Below the pieces are notes generated by a model. The model saw only the letters and a program-made list of their open reading frames with translations, was not told the DNA's origin and ran no database searches. Below are positions 21,736 to 31,246 of a stretch of 64,000 bases of DNA, piece after piece. A program made the translations under genes and the position numbers. Position 1 is the stretch's first letter. Every line of letters starts with the position of its first letter. The DNA is taken from the NCBI GenBank assembly GCA_963823475.1, contig CAWGLS010000002.1, positions 96,143 through 160,142 of the forward strand. Direction: 5' to 3'. The stretch comes from an uncultured beta proteobacterium (GTDB lineage Bacteria; Pseudomonadota; Gammaproteobacteria; Burkholderiales; Casimicrobiaceae).

Positions 21736-23292
21736 GTGACGGCGCCGGTCGACAATCTGGCGTCGTTGCTGGCGCGCACCGCGCGCAACTGGCCGCGGCT
21801 TCCCGCCGTGGCAAGCGGGCGGCGCGTGCTGCATGACTATCGGGCGCTGGGCCGGCGTGCGGCGGGGCTGGCCGCCGGCCTCCGGCAGATGGGACTCGCG
21901 CACGGCGATCGCGTCGCGCTCGTGGCGCGCAACCATCCGGCATATGTCGAGACGCTGTTCGCCTGCTGGTGGGCGGGGCTCGTCGCGGTGCCCGTCAACG
22001 CGAAACTGCACCCGAACGAACTCGCGTTCGTCCTGGCCGACAGCGGCGCACGCTGCGCGTTCGTCGACGATGCCTGGCATGGCGCGCTGTCGGGCGTCGC
22101 GCCCGGCGCGCCGGGGCTCGATCAATGCGTCGAGTTGGGCGGCGCCGAGCACGAGCGCCTCGTCGCGCAAGCCCCGCTGCCCGTGCCGGCAGCGGTCGAT
22201 GCGGATACGCCCGCGTGGCTGTTCTACACGAGCGGCACGACGGGCCGGCCGAAGGGCGTGGAAATTTCGCACGGCAACCTGCGGGCGATGGCGCTGTGCT
22301 TCCTCGCCGATGTGGAGGCGATCGCGCCGGGCGAGGCGATCCTGCATCCGGCGCCGTTGTCGCACGGCTCCGGCCTGTACGTGATCCCGCACGTCGCGCG
22401 CGGGGCGGTCAACGTGATCCCGGAATCGGGCGGCTTCGACGCCGACGAGATCGTCGACCTCGTCGGCGCGTGGGACGGCAGCCTGTTCTTCGCCGCGCCG
22501 ACGATGATGAAGCGCCTGGTCGGCGCGCCGTCGATCGGCCGCATCGACCTCGCCCACTTGAAGTGCATCGTGTACGGCGGCGGCCCGATGTACGTCGCCG
22601 ACTGCAAGGCGGCATTCGCGGCACTTGGACCGCGGCTGGCGCAGATCTACGGACAGGGCGAATCGCCGATGACGATCACCGCGATGGATCGCGCGCTGCT
22701 GGCCGACGCGATCGCGCGGGGCGACGACGAGCGCATCGCCTCGGTCGGCTGCGCGCAGACCGGCATCGACGTGCGCATCGGCGGCGCCGGCGACGCGGCG
22801 CTGCCGCCGGGCGACATCGGCGAGGTGCTGGTGCGCGGACCCACGGTGATGCGCGGCTACTGGCGCAATCCGGAGGCGACGCGATCCGCGCTGGCCGGCG
22901 GCTGGCTGCATACCGGCGATCTGGGCGTGCTCTCCGGCGACGGCTTCGTGACGCTCAAGGATCGCTCGAAGGACCTGATCATCAGCGGCGGCTCCAACAT
23001 CTATCCGCGCGAGGTGGAGGAAGCGCTGCAGCGGCATGCCGACGTCGCGGAGGTGGCGGTGATCGGCCGCGCGCATCCGGACTGGGGAGAGGAGGTCGTC
23101 GCGTGCGTCGTTCCGCGCACGGCCTCGAGCGACCGCGCCGCGCTGCAGGCGCTGGAGGTGGCGCTCGACGCGCTGTGCCTCGCGCAGATCGCGCGGTTCA
23201 AGCGGCCGAAGGCGTACGTGTTCCTGCCGTCGTTGCCGAAGAACAACACCGGCAAGGTGCTGAAGACGGCGCTGCGCGAGATGCTCACGTAG
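21736..23292 (+). CDS. AMP-dependent synthetase/ligase (acyl-CoA synthetase family)
   Basis: 518 aa with an AMP-binding motif (LFYTSGTTGRPKGV) and C-terminal ANL motifs. Confidence 0.9.
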   Translation: MTAPVDNLASLLARTARNWPRLPAVASGRRVLHDYRALGRRAAGLAAGLRQMGLAHGDRVALVARNHPAYVETLFACWWAGLVAVPVNAKLHPNELAFVLADSGARCAFVDDAWHGALSGVAPGAPGLDQCVELGGAEHERLVAQAPLPVPAAVDADTPAWLFYTSGTTGRPKGVEISHGNLRAMALCFLADVEAIAPGEAILHPAPLSHGSGLYVIPHVARGAVNVIPESGGFDADEIVDLVGAWDGSLFFAAPTMMKRLVGAPSIGRIDLAHLKCIVYGGGPMYVADCKAAFAALGPRLAQIYGQGESPMTITAMDRALLADAIARGDDERIASVGCAQTGIDVRIGGAGDAALPPGDIGEVLVRGPTVMRGYWRNPEATRSALAGGWLHTGDLGVLSGDGFVTLKDRSKDLIISGGSNIYPREVEEALQRHADVAEVAVIGRAHPDWGEEVVACVVPRTASSDRAALQALEVALDALCLAQIARFKRPKAYVFLPSLPKNNTGKVLKTALREMLT

Positions 23293-23327
23293 ATCCGCAG
23301 GTTCGAACGGCGCCCGGCGCGCCGTTG

Positions 23328-23700
23328 TCAGCGCAGGTATTGCTCGACCGTCGCGGCGCCGAGCGCCTCGAGCGCGCGCGTACTGTCGACGAGCAGCGCG
23401 TGCGCGGCGGCGTTGACGTGCTCGCGCGGCACCTGTCGCCATGGCAGGGCGTCCGGTTGCGTCACCTCCGTTTCGAACACGCGGCAGCCGACGTCGCGCA
23501 TGACGCGATAATTCGCGAAGCTGTGCGGCGCGTTGCGAGCCCCCTCACCATGTCGCCGGAAAGCGCGGCGTCGTACACGGCGTCGAGCGGATTGGATGAC
23601 GTGTTCATCGACCGCAGACGCCAACGGAAACCCGAATTCTTGCGAGGTGCGGGCGAATCTTCGGCATGCGGGACTTCCGCAATGCAATCCAGCCGCATAC
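23328..23700 (-). pseudogene. Possible small NTF2/SnoaL-like gene split over two frames; identity weak
   Basis: ORF 23462..23698 reads MN…NPLDAVYDAALSGDMVRG. ORF 23328..23807 supplies the C-terminal 57 aa in another frame. Confidence 0.25.
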
Positions 23701-23820
23701 GGCAGCGAAAGTTCCGGAGCCGAGGCCCGAAGTTTTTCGTGCTGACTGCTATCCATGCGCAAATCGCGGCGCACGCCGCGAAGCGGCAGCGCGAGCGATT
23801 TGCGCATGCCCGGATATAGT

Positions 23821-24176
23821 CGAAGTCAGCCGATAAGCCGGGTTCTGTTACGGCGCACCCGTAAGTGCGCTATGGCCGTCATTCCTCTAGGCGCCGCGTT
23901 GCCGCGGCGCTCGTGCCACCTACCCGCGGACTAGACGAGCAGCCTGTGATGCATTTTGCGTCCGCATACTTGGTGTTGCTCCGGATGGAGGTTGCCGCGT
24001 TTCACCCGCCTGCCTGTTACGGCCGGCGACTCGTCTCTGTGGCCCTGTTCCTCGCCTTCGTCGGCCGCGCTAACGGCGACTTATAGCGTCCGGGCGTTAC
24101 CCGGCATCCTTGCTCTGCGGAGCCCGGACTTTCCTCTCCCCCCTTGCGGAGGCAGCGACGGTCTGGCTGGCTTCGA
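23821..24176 (-). ncRNA. rnpB: RNase P RNA, bacterial type A
   Basis: The reverse strand reads …GAAGCCAGCCAGACCGTCGCTGCC…GGAGAGGAAAGTCCGGGCTCCGCAGAGCAAGGATGCCGGGTAACGCCCGG… and ends …ACAGAACCCGGCTTATCGGCTGACTTCG. This matches the universally conserved P4 GGAAAGUCCGG and the 3' ACAGAACCCGGCUUA blocks. Confidence 0.93.
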
Positions 24177-24252
24177 ACTTATGATTCTACGCGCTTGCCG
24201 CCGTCGAGGGCAGGGCTGTCCGCGTCCGGGCGCACGCCTTCCGGAGCGAACG

Positions 24253-25299
24253 CTACGGCGCCACGCGCCAGCGCATCTCTTCCCCCGCCCGCAGAGGCAC
24301 GAGATCGTCGGGGCCGAACGGATACTCGGCCGGAACCCGCCAGGCGACACGTTCGAGCGTCACGGTGTCCGTGTTGCGCGGCAGCCGGTAGAAGTCCGCG
24401 CCGAACCGGCTTGCGAAGCCGTCGAGGCGGTCGAGCGCCTGCGCGTCGTCGAACACTTCCGCATACAGTTCGAGCGCCGCGTGCGCCGAGTAGCAGCCGG
24501 CGCCGCAACACGCACTCTCCTTGGTCCGCCGCGCGTGCGGCGCGGAGTCGGTGCCCAGGAAATAGCGCGGATTGCCGGACGTCGCCGCGTCCACCAGCGC
24601 CTGTCGGTGGGTTTCGCGCTTCAAGATCGGCAGGCAATAGAAATGCGGCCGCAGGCCGCCTGCGAACAGCGCATTGCGCGACCACATGAGGTGCTGCGGC
24701 GTGATCGTCGCCGCGATGGGGGTGCCGGCCTCGCGAACGTAGATCGCCGCTTCGCGCGTCGTGATGTGCTCGAGCACGACGCGCAAGCCCGGAAAGTCGC
24801 GGCCGATACGCGCGAGATGCGTGTCGACGAACACGCGCTCGCGGTCGAACATGTCGACGGCGGGATCGGTCACCTCGCCGTGCAGGCTCAGCACCATGCC
24901 GTGCTTCTCCATCGTCGCGAGCACGCCGGCGACGCGGTCGAGCGACGTCACGCCCGAGTCCGAGTTGGTGGTGGCGCCCGCCGGGTAGTACTTGACCGCG
25001 TGGACGATTCCCGACGCCTTCGCCCGTTCGATTTCCGCCGGCGGCGTGTTGTCGGTCAGGTACAGCGTCATCAGCGGCTCGAACCGCGTATCGGCGGGCA
25101 GTGCCGCGAGGATGCGGGACCGGTACTCCGCCGCCGCCGCTACCGTGGTGACCGGCGGCTTCAGGTTTGGCATGACGATTGCACGCCCGAAGACGCGGGC
25201 GGTATGGACGGCCACGGCGGCCAGCGCCGGCCCGTCCCGCAGGTGCAGGTGCCAGTCGTCGGGTCGGTGCAGCGTCAGCGTCGTTTGCGGGTCGGTCAT
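24253..25299 (-). CDS. pyrC: Dihydroorotase (class II, E. coli type)
   Basis: 348 aa with the HxH metal motif ([10 protein letters not shown]) and conserved PyrC blocks. Confidence 0.92.
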   Translation of the reverse strand: MTDPQTTLTLHRPDDWHLHLRDGPALAAVAVHTARVFGRAIVMPNLKPPVTTVAAAAEYRSRILAALPADTRFEPLMTLYLTDNTPPAEIERAKASGIVHAVKYYPAGATTNSDSGVTSLDRVAGVLATMEKHGMVLSLHGEVTDPAVDMFDRERVFVDTHLARIGRDFPGLRVVLEHITTREAAIYVREAGTPIAATITPQHLMWSRNALFAGGLRPHFYCLPILKRETHRQALVDAATSGNPRYFLGTDSAPHARRTKESACCGAGCYSAHAALELYAEVFDDAQALDRLDGFASRFGADFYRLPRNTDTVTLERVAWRVPAEYPFGPDDLVPLRAGEEMRWRVAP

Positions 25300-25558
25300 C
25301 GGAAAGCCTTGTTTTTACATGATTATACGGGGATGCCGCCGTGCGGCCCGGCGGTCCGGCGCCCGCTTCGGGCCGCCCGGTAAGCAGTTGGCGGCGCGGA
25401 CGTTCCCCGGGCTATAATGCGCGGTTTACGGCGGCGGACACCCTCCCCGCCAACGGCATCGAGCGAGCGGCGGAAACACGGAAATTCGAGCGGCCGCGCG
25501 CGGATTCGACGTCGTGACCATTGCAACCGAGGGTGGCATCCGCAAGGTGAAATGAAGC

Positions 25559-26002
25559 ATGGCAACCAAAACCGCAACCGCCGTCAAGAAAGTCCGCGAG
25601 CTGACCGAGGAGGAAATCCTCAAGGCGCCCGAGAAGGACTACATGAACGAGGCGCAACTCGCCTTCTTCAAGAAGAAACTGATCGAGCTGCGCGACCAGC
25701 TGTTGCAGAATGCCGATGACACTGGCGAGCATCTGCGCGAGAACGAGATCACGACGGACCCGTCCGATCGGGCGACGCTCGAGGAGGAATACACGCTCGA
25801 GCTGCGCACGCGCGATCGCGAGCGCAAGCTGCTGAAGAAGGTCGAGAAATCGTTGCGCCTGATCGACGATGGTTCGTACGGCTGGTGCGAGGAAACCGGC
25901 GAGCCGATCGGCGTGCCGCGTCTGATCGCGCGGCCGACGGCGACGCTGTCGCTCGAAGCTCAGGAGCGGCGCGAACGGGTGCAGAAACTCTACGGCGACT
26001 GA
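25559..26002 (+). CDS. dksA: RNA polymerase-binding transcription factor DksA
   Basis: 147 aa coiled coil with DxxDxA and a C4 zinc finger ([22 protein letters not shown]…). Confidence 0.95.
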   Translation: MATKTATAVKKVRELTEEEILKAPEKDYMNEAQLAFFKKKLIELRDQLLQNADDTGEHLRENEITTDPSDRATLEEEYTLELRTRDRERKLLKKVEKSLRLIDDGSYGWCEETGEPIGVPRLIARPTATLSLEAQERRERVQKLYGD

Positions 26003-26016
26003 TCTGTTGAAGAGTG

Positions 26017-26312
26017 AGGGGGTCGCAAGGCTAACGCCGCGACCCCTTGGAAAAATCACGACGCTGACAGCCACTCGACAAGCTGGTCAGGGGCAAATCG
26101 CCGGCAGAGCCGGACGATTTGCTCTAGGGATGAAAAGAACGAGCGTCGTGCGGGCAGTCACGCCCTTGCCACAGGCCGGCACATTGCCCCTCCAGGGTCT
26201 GATCCGGAAATCGTCGGGCTCCGCCCGCGATTTCTGTCTGATCAGCTTGTCGAATGGCTGTCAGCGGCGTGATTTTTCCAAGGGGTCGCGGCCGTTAGGC
26301 TCGCGACCCCTT
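26017..26312. mobile_element. MITE-like non-coding element (~300 bp) with ~70-bp terminal inverted repeats
   Basis: The left end gggggtcgcaaggctaacgccgcgaccccttggaaaaatcacgacgctgacagccactcgacaagctg is the near-perfect reverse complement of the right end cagcttgtcgaatggctgtcagcggcgtgatttttccaaggggtcgcggccgttaggctcgcgacccc. No ORF lies inside. Confidence 0.6.
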
Positions 26313-26378
26313 CTAGCTACTAGTAGCACCCGCCCACCGGGCGGGTACAATGAAAATCCTTCTTCGAGGAGAATCCGC

Positions 26379-26969
26379 ATGTTCACGCTTCCCCCTCTGC
26401 CCTGGGCCGACAACGCGCTCGAGCCCGTCATTTCGGCGAACACGATTTCGTTCCACTACGGCAAGCATCACAAGACGTACGTGGACAACCTCAACAATCT
26501 CGTGAAGGGCACGGATTACGAGAACGCGCCGCTCGAGAAGATCATCAACGAGACCGCCGGCAAGGCCGACAAGGCCGCGCTGTTCAACAACGCCGCGCAG
26601 ATCTGGAACCACACGTTCTACTGGAACAGCCTGAAGGGCAACGGCGGGGGCAAGCCGGGCGCCAAGCTGGCGCAGATGATCGACGCCTCGTTCGGCAGTT
26701 TCGACAACTTCAAGAAGGAACTGTCGGCGACAACCGTGTCGCAATTCGGCTCCGGTTGGGGCTGGCTGGTGCTGGACGGAGGCGCGCTCAAGATCGTGAA
26801 GACCGCCAACGCCGAGGTGCCGTTTACCAAGGGCCAGAAGCCGCTGCTGACGATCGACGTGTGGGAGCATGCGTACTACCTCGACCACCAGAACAAGCGC
26901 GCCGCGTATGTCGACGCTGTGATCGACAGGTTGCTGAACTGGGATTTCGCCGCGCAGAACCTGGGCTGA
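26379..26969 (+). CDS. sodB: Fe/Mn superoxide dismutase
   Basis: [39 protein letters not shown]… is a classic Fe/Mn SOD. Confidence 0.95.
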   Translation: MFTLPPLPWADNALEPVISANTISFHYGKHHKTYVDNLNNLVKGTDYENAPLEKIINETAGKADKAALFNNAAQIWNHTFYWNSLKGNGGGKPGAKLAQMIDASFGSFDNFKKELSATTVSQFGSGWGWLVLDGGALKIVKTANAEVPFTKGQKPLLTIDVWEHAYYLDHQNKRAAYVDAVIDRLLNWDFAAQNLG

Positions 26970-27124
26970 TGCCGCGGGCGTGGCAGCGGACCTTACGAGG
27001 TCCCCGCGGCGGCCGGTGTTCCCGGCCGTTCCCGCATGGGCGCGCATGCCTCGCGCCTTGTGGGGGCGTACGCTTGGGAACATAATTCCGGGCGTGCATT
27101 CCAACGGCATATCCTGCCGACTTC

Positions 27125-28381
27125 ATGGCTCTTTTCTCCAAACCGCCGGCCAAGAAACCTGACGCCTCGAAGCCGCATGTCAAGCCGGCCGCCGCGAGCC
27201 CGCGCGCGCCGGTGTCCGCGCGCGACGTCGCCGTCCAGGCGCAGGGCCGCCGGGGCGCGCCCGAGCGGCCGCGGGCCGAACCGGCCGGCGAGATCTCGGT
27301 GACGGGCGCGAGCCTGATCGAATGGTCGCCCAGAGGGGCCTCCATCGAGGTCGCCCAGTCCAATCCCGGACTGTGCGCCGTGCTCGAGAATGCCGCGCTG
27401 CTGTTCGCGAGCGGGCAGGCCGCGGCCGCGCGCAATCTGCTCGAGCAAGGCATGCAGAACGATTCCGACACGCGGAATTCACCGCTGGCATGGCTTGCGT
27501 TGTTCGACCTCATGCAGCGCGCGCACGATCGCGCCGGCTTCGACCAGTTCGCGCTGCAGTATGTCGTGCAGTTCGAGCGGTCGCCGCCGCCGTGGGAAGA
27601 CGGCTTCGCGCGGCGGGCTCCGGAGGCCAAGGCCAGCGCCGGCGGCTACACGCTGCTCACCGGCAAGCTGACCGCCGCCTCCGCGCCGCAGATCGAGGCG
27701 CTCCGCAAGGCCATGGCGAAGCCCGGCATGCTCGCCCGGCTCGATCTGGCGCAAGTGGCCGGCTTCGACGATGCCGGCGCGCAACTGCTGGCCAATGCGC
27801 TCGCCGAGGCGCGCAGGCTCCGTTGCCCGCTGACGCTGCAAAGGACCGAGAAGATTCGCGCGGCGCTCGACATCCTCGTGCGGCGCGGGCGCGATGCCGG
27901 CGAGGGGGCGTGGCAGTTGTCGCTCGAATTCCTGCAGTTCGACCAGAAGCAGGAAGCTTTCGAGGATCGCGCGATCGAGTACGCGGTCGCGTTCGAACAG
28001 TCGCCTCCGTCGTGGGACCCGCCGCCGGTGACGACGGTCGAAACCCCGGTCGTGGATTCGCCGGATGCGACGGCCGACAGCGAAGAGCGCACCGTCGGCG
28101 CCGGCGTGGAACTGATCGTCTGGAGCGGCGTGATGACCGGCTCGTCGACGGCGCAGATGGTGCAGGTCTCCGAGTATGCGCACGGCCATCCGGTCGTGCC
28201 GATCGACCTGTCCGCCATCGAGCGAATCGACTTCGTATGCGCGGGCGCGCTGCTCAACGCGATCAACCGGGTGGAAACGCAACGGAAGGCCGTGCAGATC
28301 GTCGGCGCGTCGCCGATCATTCGCGCGCTGCTGCTGCTGATCGGCATCTCGCCGCGCCATTTCCTGAAAAAACCGCAGTAG
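27125..28381 (+). CDS. Hypothetical protein with two tandem STAS-like (anti-sigma antagonist-like) repeats and an Ala/Pro-rich N-terminus
   Basis: Two homologous halves are present (…[11 protein letters not shown]… / …[11 protein letters not shown]…), each ending in a STAS-like block. Confidence 0.5.
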   Translation: MALFSKPPAKKPDASKPHVKPAAASPRAPVSARDVAVQAQGRRGAPERPRAEPAGEISVTGASLIEWSPRGASIEVAQSNPGLCAVLENAALLFASGQAAAARNLLEQGMQNDSDTRNSPLAWLALFDLMQRAHDRAGFDQFALQYVVQFERSPPPWEDGFARRAPEAKASAGGYTLLTGKLTAASAPQIEALRKAMAKPGMLARLDLAQVAGFDDAGAQLLANALAEARRLRCPLTLQRTEKIRAALDILVRRGRDAGEGAWQLSLEFLQFDQKQEAFEDRAIEYAVAFEQSPPSWDPPPVTTVETPVVDSPDATADSEERTVGAGVELIVWSGVMTGSSTAQMVQVSEYAHGHPVVPIDLSAIERIDFVCAGALLNAINRVETQRKAVQIVGASPIIRALLLLIGISPRHFLKKPQ

Positions 28382-28387
28382 CAACCG

Positions 28388-28415
28388 CAAAGGCCGCGCG
28401 GCGCCTTTGCAGCGC
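28388..28415 (+). terminator. Hairpin (gcaaaggccgcgcggcgcctttgc) after the STAS-repeat gene, just upstream of hslV
   Basis: Perfect GC-rich stem-loop; no strong T-tract follows. Confidence 0.4.
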
Positions 28416-28428
28416 CGGCGCGTTCCCC

Positions 28429-28983
28429 ATGGAAAATTATCACGGCACGACCATTCTTTCCGTGCGCCGCGACGGTGTGGTGGCATTGGGCGGCGACGGC
28501 CAGGTGACGCTCGGCAACATCGTCGTCAAGGCGACGGCGCGCAAGATTCGCCGGATCTACCACGATCGCGTCCTCGCGGGATTCGCCGGGGCGACCGCCG
28601 ACGCCTTCACGCTGTTCGAGCGTTTCGAAGCCAAGCTCGAAAAGCATCAGGGCCACCTCGTCCGCTCCGCGGTGGAACTCGCGAAGGACTGGCGCTCCGA
28701 TCGCGTGCTGCGGCGGCTGGAGGCGATGCTCGCGGTCGCCGATCTCTCGGCGTCGCTGATCCTGACTGGCAACGGCGATGTGCTCGAGCCGGAACTCGGC
28801 ATCGTCGCGATCGGGTCGGGAGGCCCGTACGCCCAGGCGGCGGCGCGGGCGTTGCTCGAGCACTCGCCGTTGTCCGCCGCCGACATCGTCAAGCAGTCGC
28901 TCGGCATCGCCGGCGACCTGTGCATCTACACGAACCAGAACCATGTGATCGAAGTGCTGACCCCCGCGGGCCAGGGCTCATGA
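28429..28983 (+). CDS. hslV: ATP-dependent protease subunit HslV
   Basis: [42 protein letters not shown]… carries an N-terminal Thr nucleophile after Met removal; 184 aa. Confidence 0.95.
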   Translation: MENYHGTTILSVRRDGVVALGGDGQVTLGNIVVKATARKIRRIYHDRVLAGFAGATADAFTLFERFEAKLEKHQGHLVRSAVELAKDWRSDRVLRRLEAMLAVADLSASLILTGNGDVLEPELGIVAIGSGGPYAQAAARALLEHSPLSAADIVKQSLGIAGDLCIYTNQNHVIEVLTPAGQGS

Positions 28984-29005
28984 AACCGCAGCGCGAAGGC
29001 ACGCG

Positions 29006-30343
29006 ATGAGCGCCGCCGGGCCGCCCCAAGGCGCTCGCCCCCTGGGGGGAGCGGCGCGCAGCGCCGTTCGGGGGGAGCCTTCCAGCGCCGCCGGGCCGCC
29101 CCAAGGCGCTCGCCCCCTGGGGGGAGCGGCGCGCAGCGCCGTTCGGGGGGAGCCGGCAAGCGCGGATCGCTACGACGTCGTCGTCGCCGGCGCCGGGCTG
29201 GTCGGCCTGGCGCTCGCCACTGCGCTGGCGCGCGCGGGGCTCTCCGTCGCGCTCGCCGATCGGGCACCGGTGACGGCGCCCGACTACGATCCCGCGACGT
29301 GGGACCTGCGCGTCTACGCGATCAGCCCGGGCAGCGCCACGTTCCTGCGCGCCATGGGGGCGTGGCAGCGGCTGCCCGCCGAGCGCGTGACGCCGATCGA
29401 GGCGATGCAGGTCGAGGGCGACGCCGGCGGCAGGATCGGCTTTTCCGCGTATGACCTGGGCGAGCGCGCGCTCGCCTGGATCGTCGAGGAGCGCGTGCTG
29501 CGGGGCGCGCTGCTCGCCGGCGCGCTCGACGCGGGCGTCACGCTCGTCGGCGGGGCGCCGTTCGTCGGCTTGTACTTTTCGCCCGCCGACGCCACGCTGC
29601 TGCTCGGCGCGGAAGGCGGACAGCAGCGGTCGCTCGTGTCCCGGCTCATCGTCGGCGCCGACGGCATCCGCTCGTGGGTGCGCGAAGCGGCGGGGATCGT
29701 CGCCGTGCCCCGGCCCTACGGGCAGACCGGCGTCGTCGCCAACTTCGCGTGCGAACGCGCGCACCACGGCATCGCCCGCCAGTGGTTCCGTACCGACGGC
29801 AGCATCCTGGCGTGGCTGCCGCTGCCGGGCCGGCGGATGTCCATCGTCTGGTCGGCCCCGGACGCGCTCGGGGCGGAGTTGCTCGCGCTCGGCCCGGAGG
29901 CGCTGGCGGCACGCGTGGCCGAAGCCGGCATGCACGTGCTGGGCACGCTCACGCCGATCGGCGGGTCGGCCGGGTATCCGCTCGCGCTGCTCAAACTGCC
30001 GACGACGATCGCGCACCGGCTGGCGCTTGTCGGCGACGCCGCCCACGGGGTCCATCCGCTGGCCGGCCAGGGGGTCAACCTGGGCTTCGGCGATGCGCTG
30101 TCGCTGGCGCAGGTGATCGCCGAACGGGGTCCGGTCGGCGATCCGGGCGCTCCCGTGCTGCTCGACCGCTTCGCCAGGCGCCGGGCCGAACCCATCCTGG
30201 CCATGCAATCGGTGACCGACGGCCTGACCCGCCTGTTCGGGCCGCCGGCCCCCTGGCTGTCCGCCGTCCGCAACGCCGGCCTGACCGCCGTCGATCGGCT
30301 CCCGTTCATCAAGCGCATCTTGGCGCAACCTGCGCTGCGCTAG
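29006..30343 (+). CDS. FAD-dependent monooxygenase of the UbiH/UbiF/VisC family (ubiquinone biosynthesis hydroxylase); the N-terminal ~50 codons are encoded by the tandem repeat
   Basis: Rossmann motif YDVVVAGAGLVGLALA and the conserved C-terminal blocks of UbiH-type hydroxylases. The only ATG upstream of the FAD fold is at 29006, inside the repeat. Confidence 0.8.
   Translation: MSAAGPPQGARPLGGAARSAVRGEPSSAAGPPQGARPLGGAARSAVRGEPASADRYDVVVAGAGLVGLALATALARAGLSVALADRAPVTAPDYDPATWDLRVYAISPGSATFLRAMGAWQRLPAERVTPIEAMQVEGDAGGRIGFSAYDLGERALAWIVEERVLRGALLAGALDAGVTLVGGAPFVGLYFSPADATLLLGAEGGQQRSLVSRLIVGADGIRSWVREAAGIVAVPRPYGQTGVVANFACERAHHGIARQWFRTDGSILAWLPLPGRRMSIVWSAPDALGAELLALGPEALAARVAEAGMHVLGTLTPIGGSAGYPLALLKLPTTIAHRLALVGDAAHGVHPLAGQGVNLGFGDALSLAQVIAERGPVGDPGAPVLLDRFARRRAEPILAMQSVTDGLTRLFGPPAPWLSAVRNAGLTAVDRLPFIKRILAQPALR
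29009..29158. repeat. Two tandem 75-bp GC-rich repeats containing a CCCCC-T-GGGGGG palindrome
   Basis: gcgccgccgggccgccccaaggcgctcgccccctggggggagcggcgcgcagcgccgttcggggggagcc appears twice. The same family occurs at 54.69-54.85 kb and 59.10-59.70 kb. Confidence 0.85.
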
Positions 30344-30379
30344 ACTGTCCAACACCGGTCCGATATTTCTGGAGAAGTC

Positions 30380-31192
30380 ATGACGTACCAACGATCCGTC
30401 CACGCTGCGGTCCGCCCGGCGCTGCTCGCCGCCGTGACGGCGGTCACGCTCGCCTTCGCGCCGCTCCCATCGTGGGCGCAGGGCGCCGACAAGCCGGCGC
30501 CGCTGACCGGCGAGGCCGCCGGCATCAAGAAGGTGCTCGAACAGAAATTCCCGGGCGCGGCGGTGCGCGGCATCACCAAGACCCAGTACTTCGGGCTCTA
30601 CGAGGTCCAGTTCGACGACCGCATCGTCTACACGGACGCCAAGGCGAAGTACCTGGTCGTCGGCGCCGTCTACGACACCGAATCGAAGACGAACCTGACC
30701 GAGGACCGGCAGCGCAAGCTGAACCGCGTCGACGTCGCGACACTGCCGCTCAACATGGCGATCAAGAAGGTCAAGGGCAACGGCGAACGTACGATGTACG
30801 TGTTCTCGGATGCCGACTGCCCGTTCTGCGCCAAGCTCGAGCAGGAATTGAAGAGCGTCGACAACGTGACGATCTACACGTTCCTCTACCCGATCGACTC
30901 GCTGCACCCGGATGCCGCGCGCAAGTCGCGGATGATCTGGTGCGCGCCCGACCGCCAGCAGGCGTGGGATGCGTTCTACGAGTCGGGCGCCTTGCCCGAC
31001 AACAAGGGCGACTGCGACAACCCGGTGGCGAAGCTCGCCGAGCTGGGCGCCAAGTACAAGGTGAACGCGACGCCGACGCTGCTGTTCGCCGACGGCACGA
31101 TCGTGCCGGGCGCGCTGCCGGCACAGCGGATCGAGACCGAATTGAAGAACGCCGAAGCCGAAGCGAAGAAGCTGGCGGCGGCGAAGAAATAA
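30380..31192 (+). CDS. Periplasmic thiol:disulfide interchange protein, DsbC/DsbG family
   Basis: Signal peptide, a dimerisation domain, a thioredoxin fold with CPFC and a second Cys pair. Confidence 0.85.
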   Translation: MTYQRSVHAAVRPALLAAVTAVTLAFAPLPSWAQGADKPAPLTGEAAGIKKVLEQKFPGAAVRGITKTQYFGLYEVQFDDRIVYTDAKAKYLVVGAVYDTESKTNLTEDRQRKLNRVDVATLPLNMAIKKVKGNGERTMYVFSDADCPFCAKLEQELKSVDNVTIYTFLYPIDSLHPDAARKSRMIWCAPDRQQAWDAFYESGALPDNKGDCDNPVAKLAELGAKYKVNATPTLLFADGTIVPGALPAQRIETELKNAEAEAKKLAAAKK

Positions 31193-31246
31193 CCGGGCGT
31201 CGGCGCCCGCGGGCGCCGACGGCATTGGCGACGGAGCAGGGGACCC

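Noticed and set aside
23956-25383. 475-aa ORF on the plus strand
   Set aside because: It overlaps rnpB and runs antisense through pyrC, and its translation is Arg-rich low-complexity.
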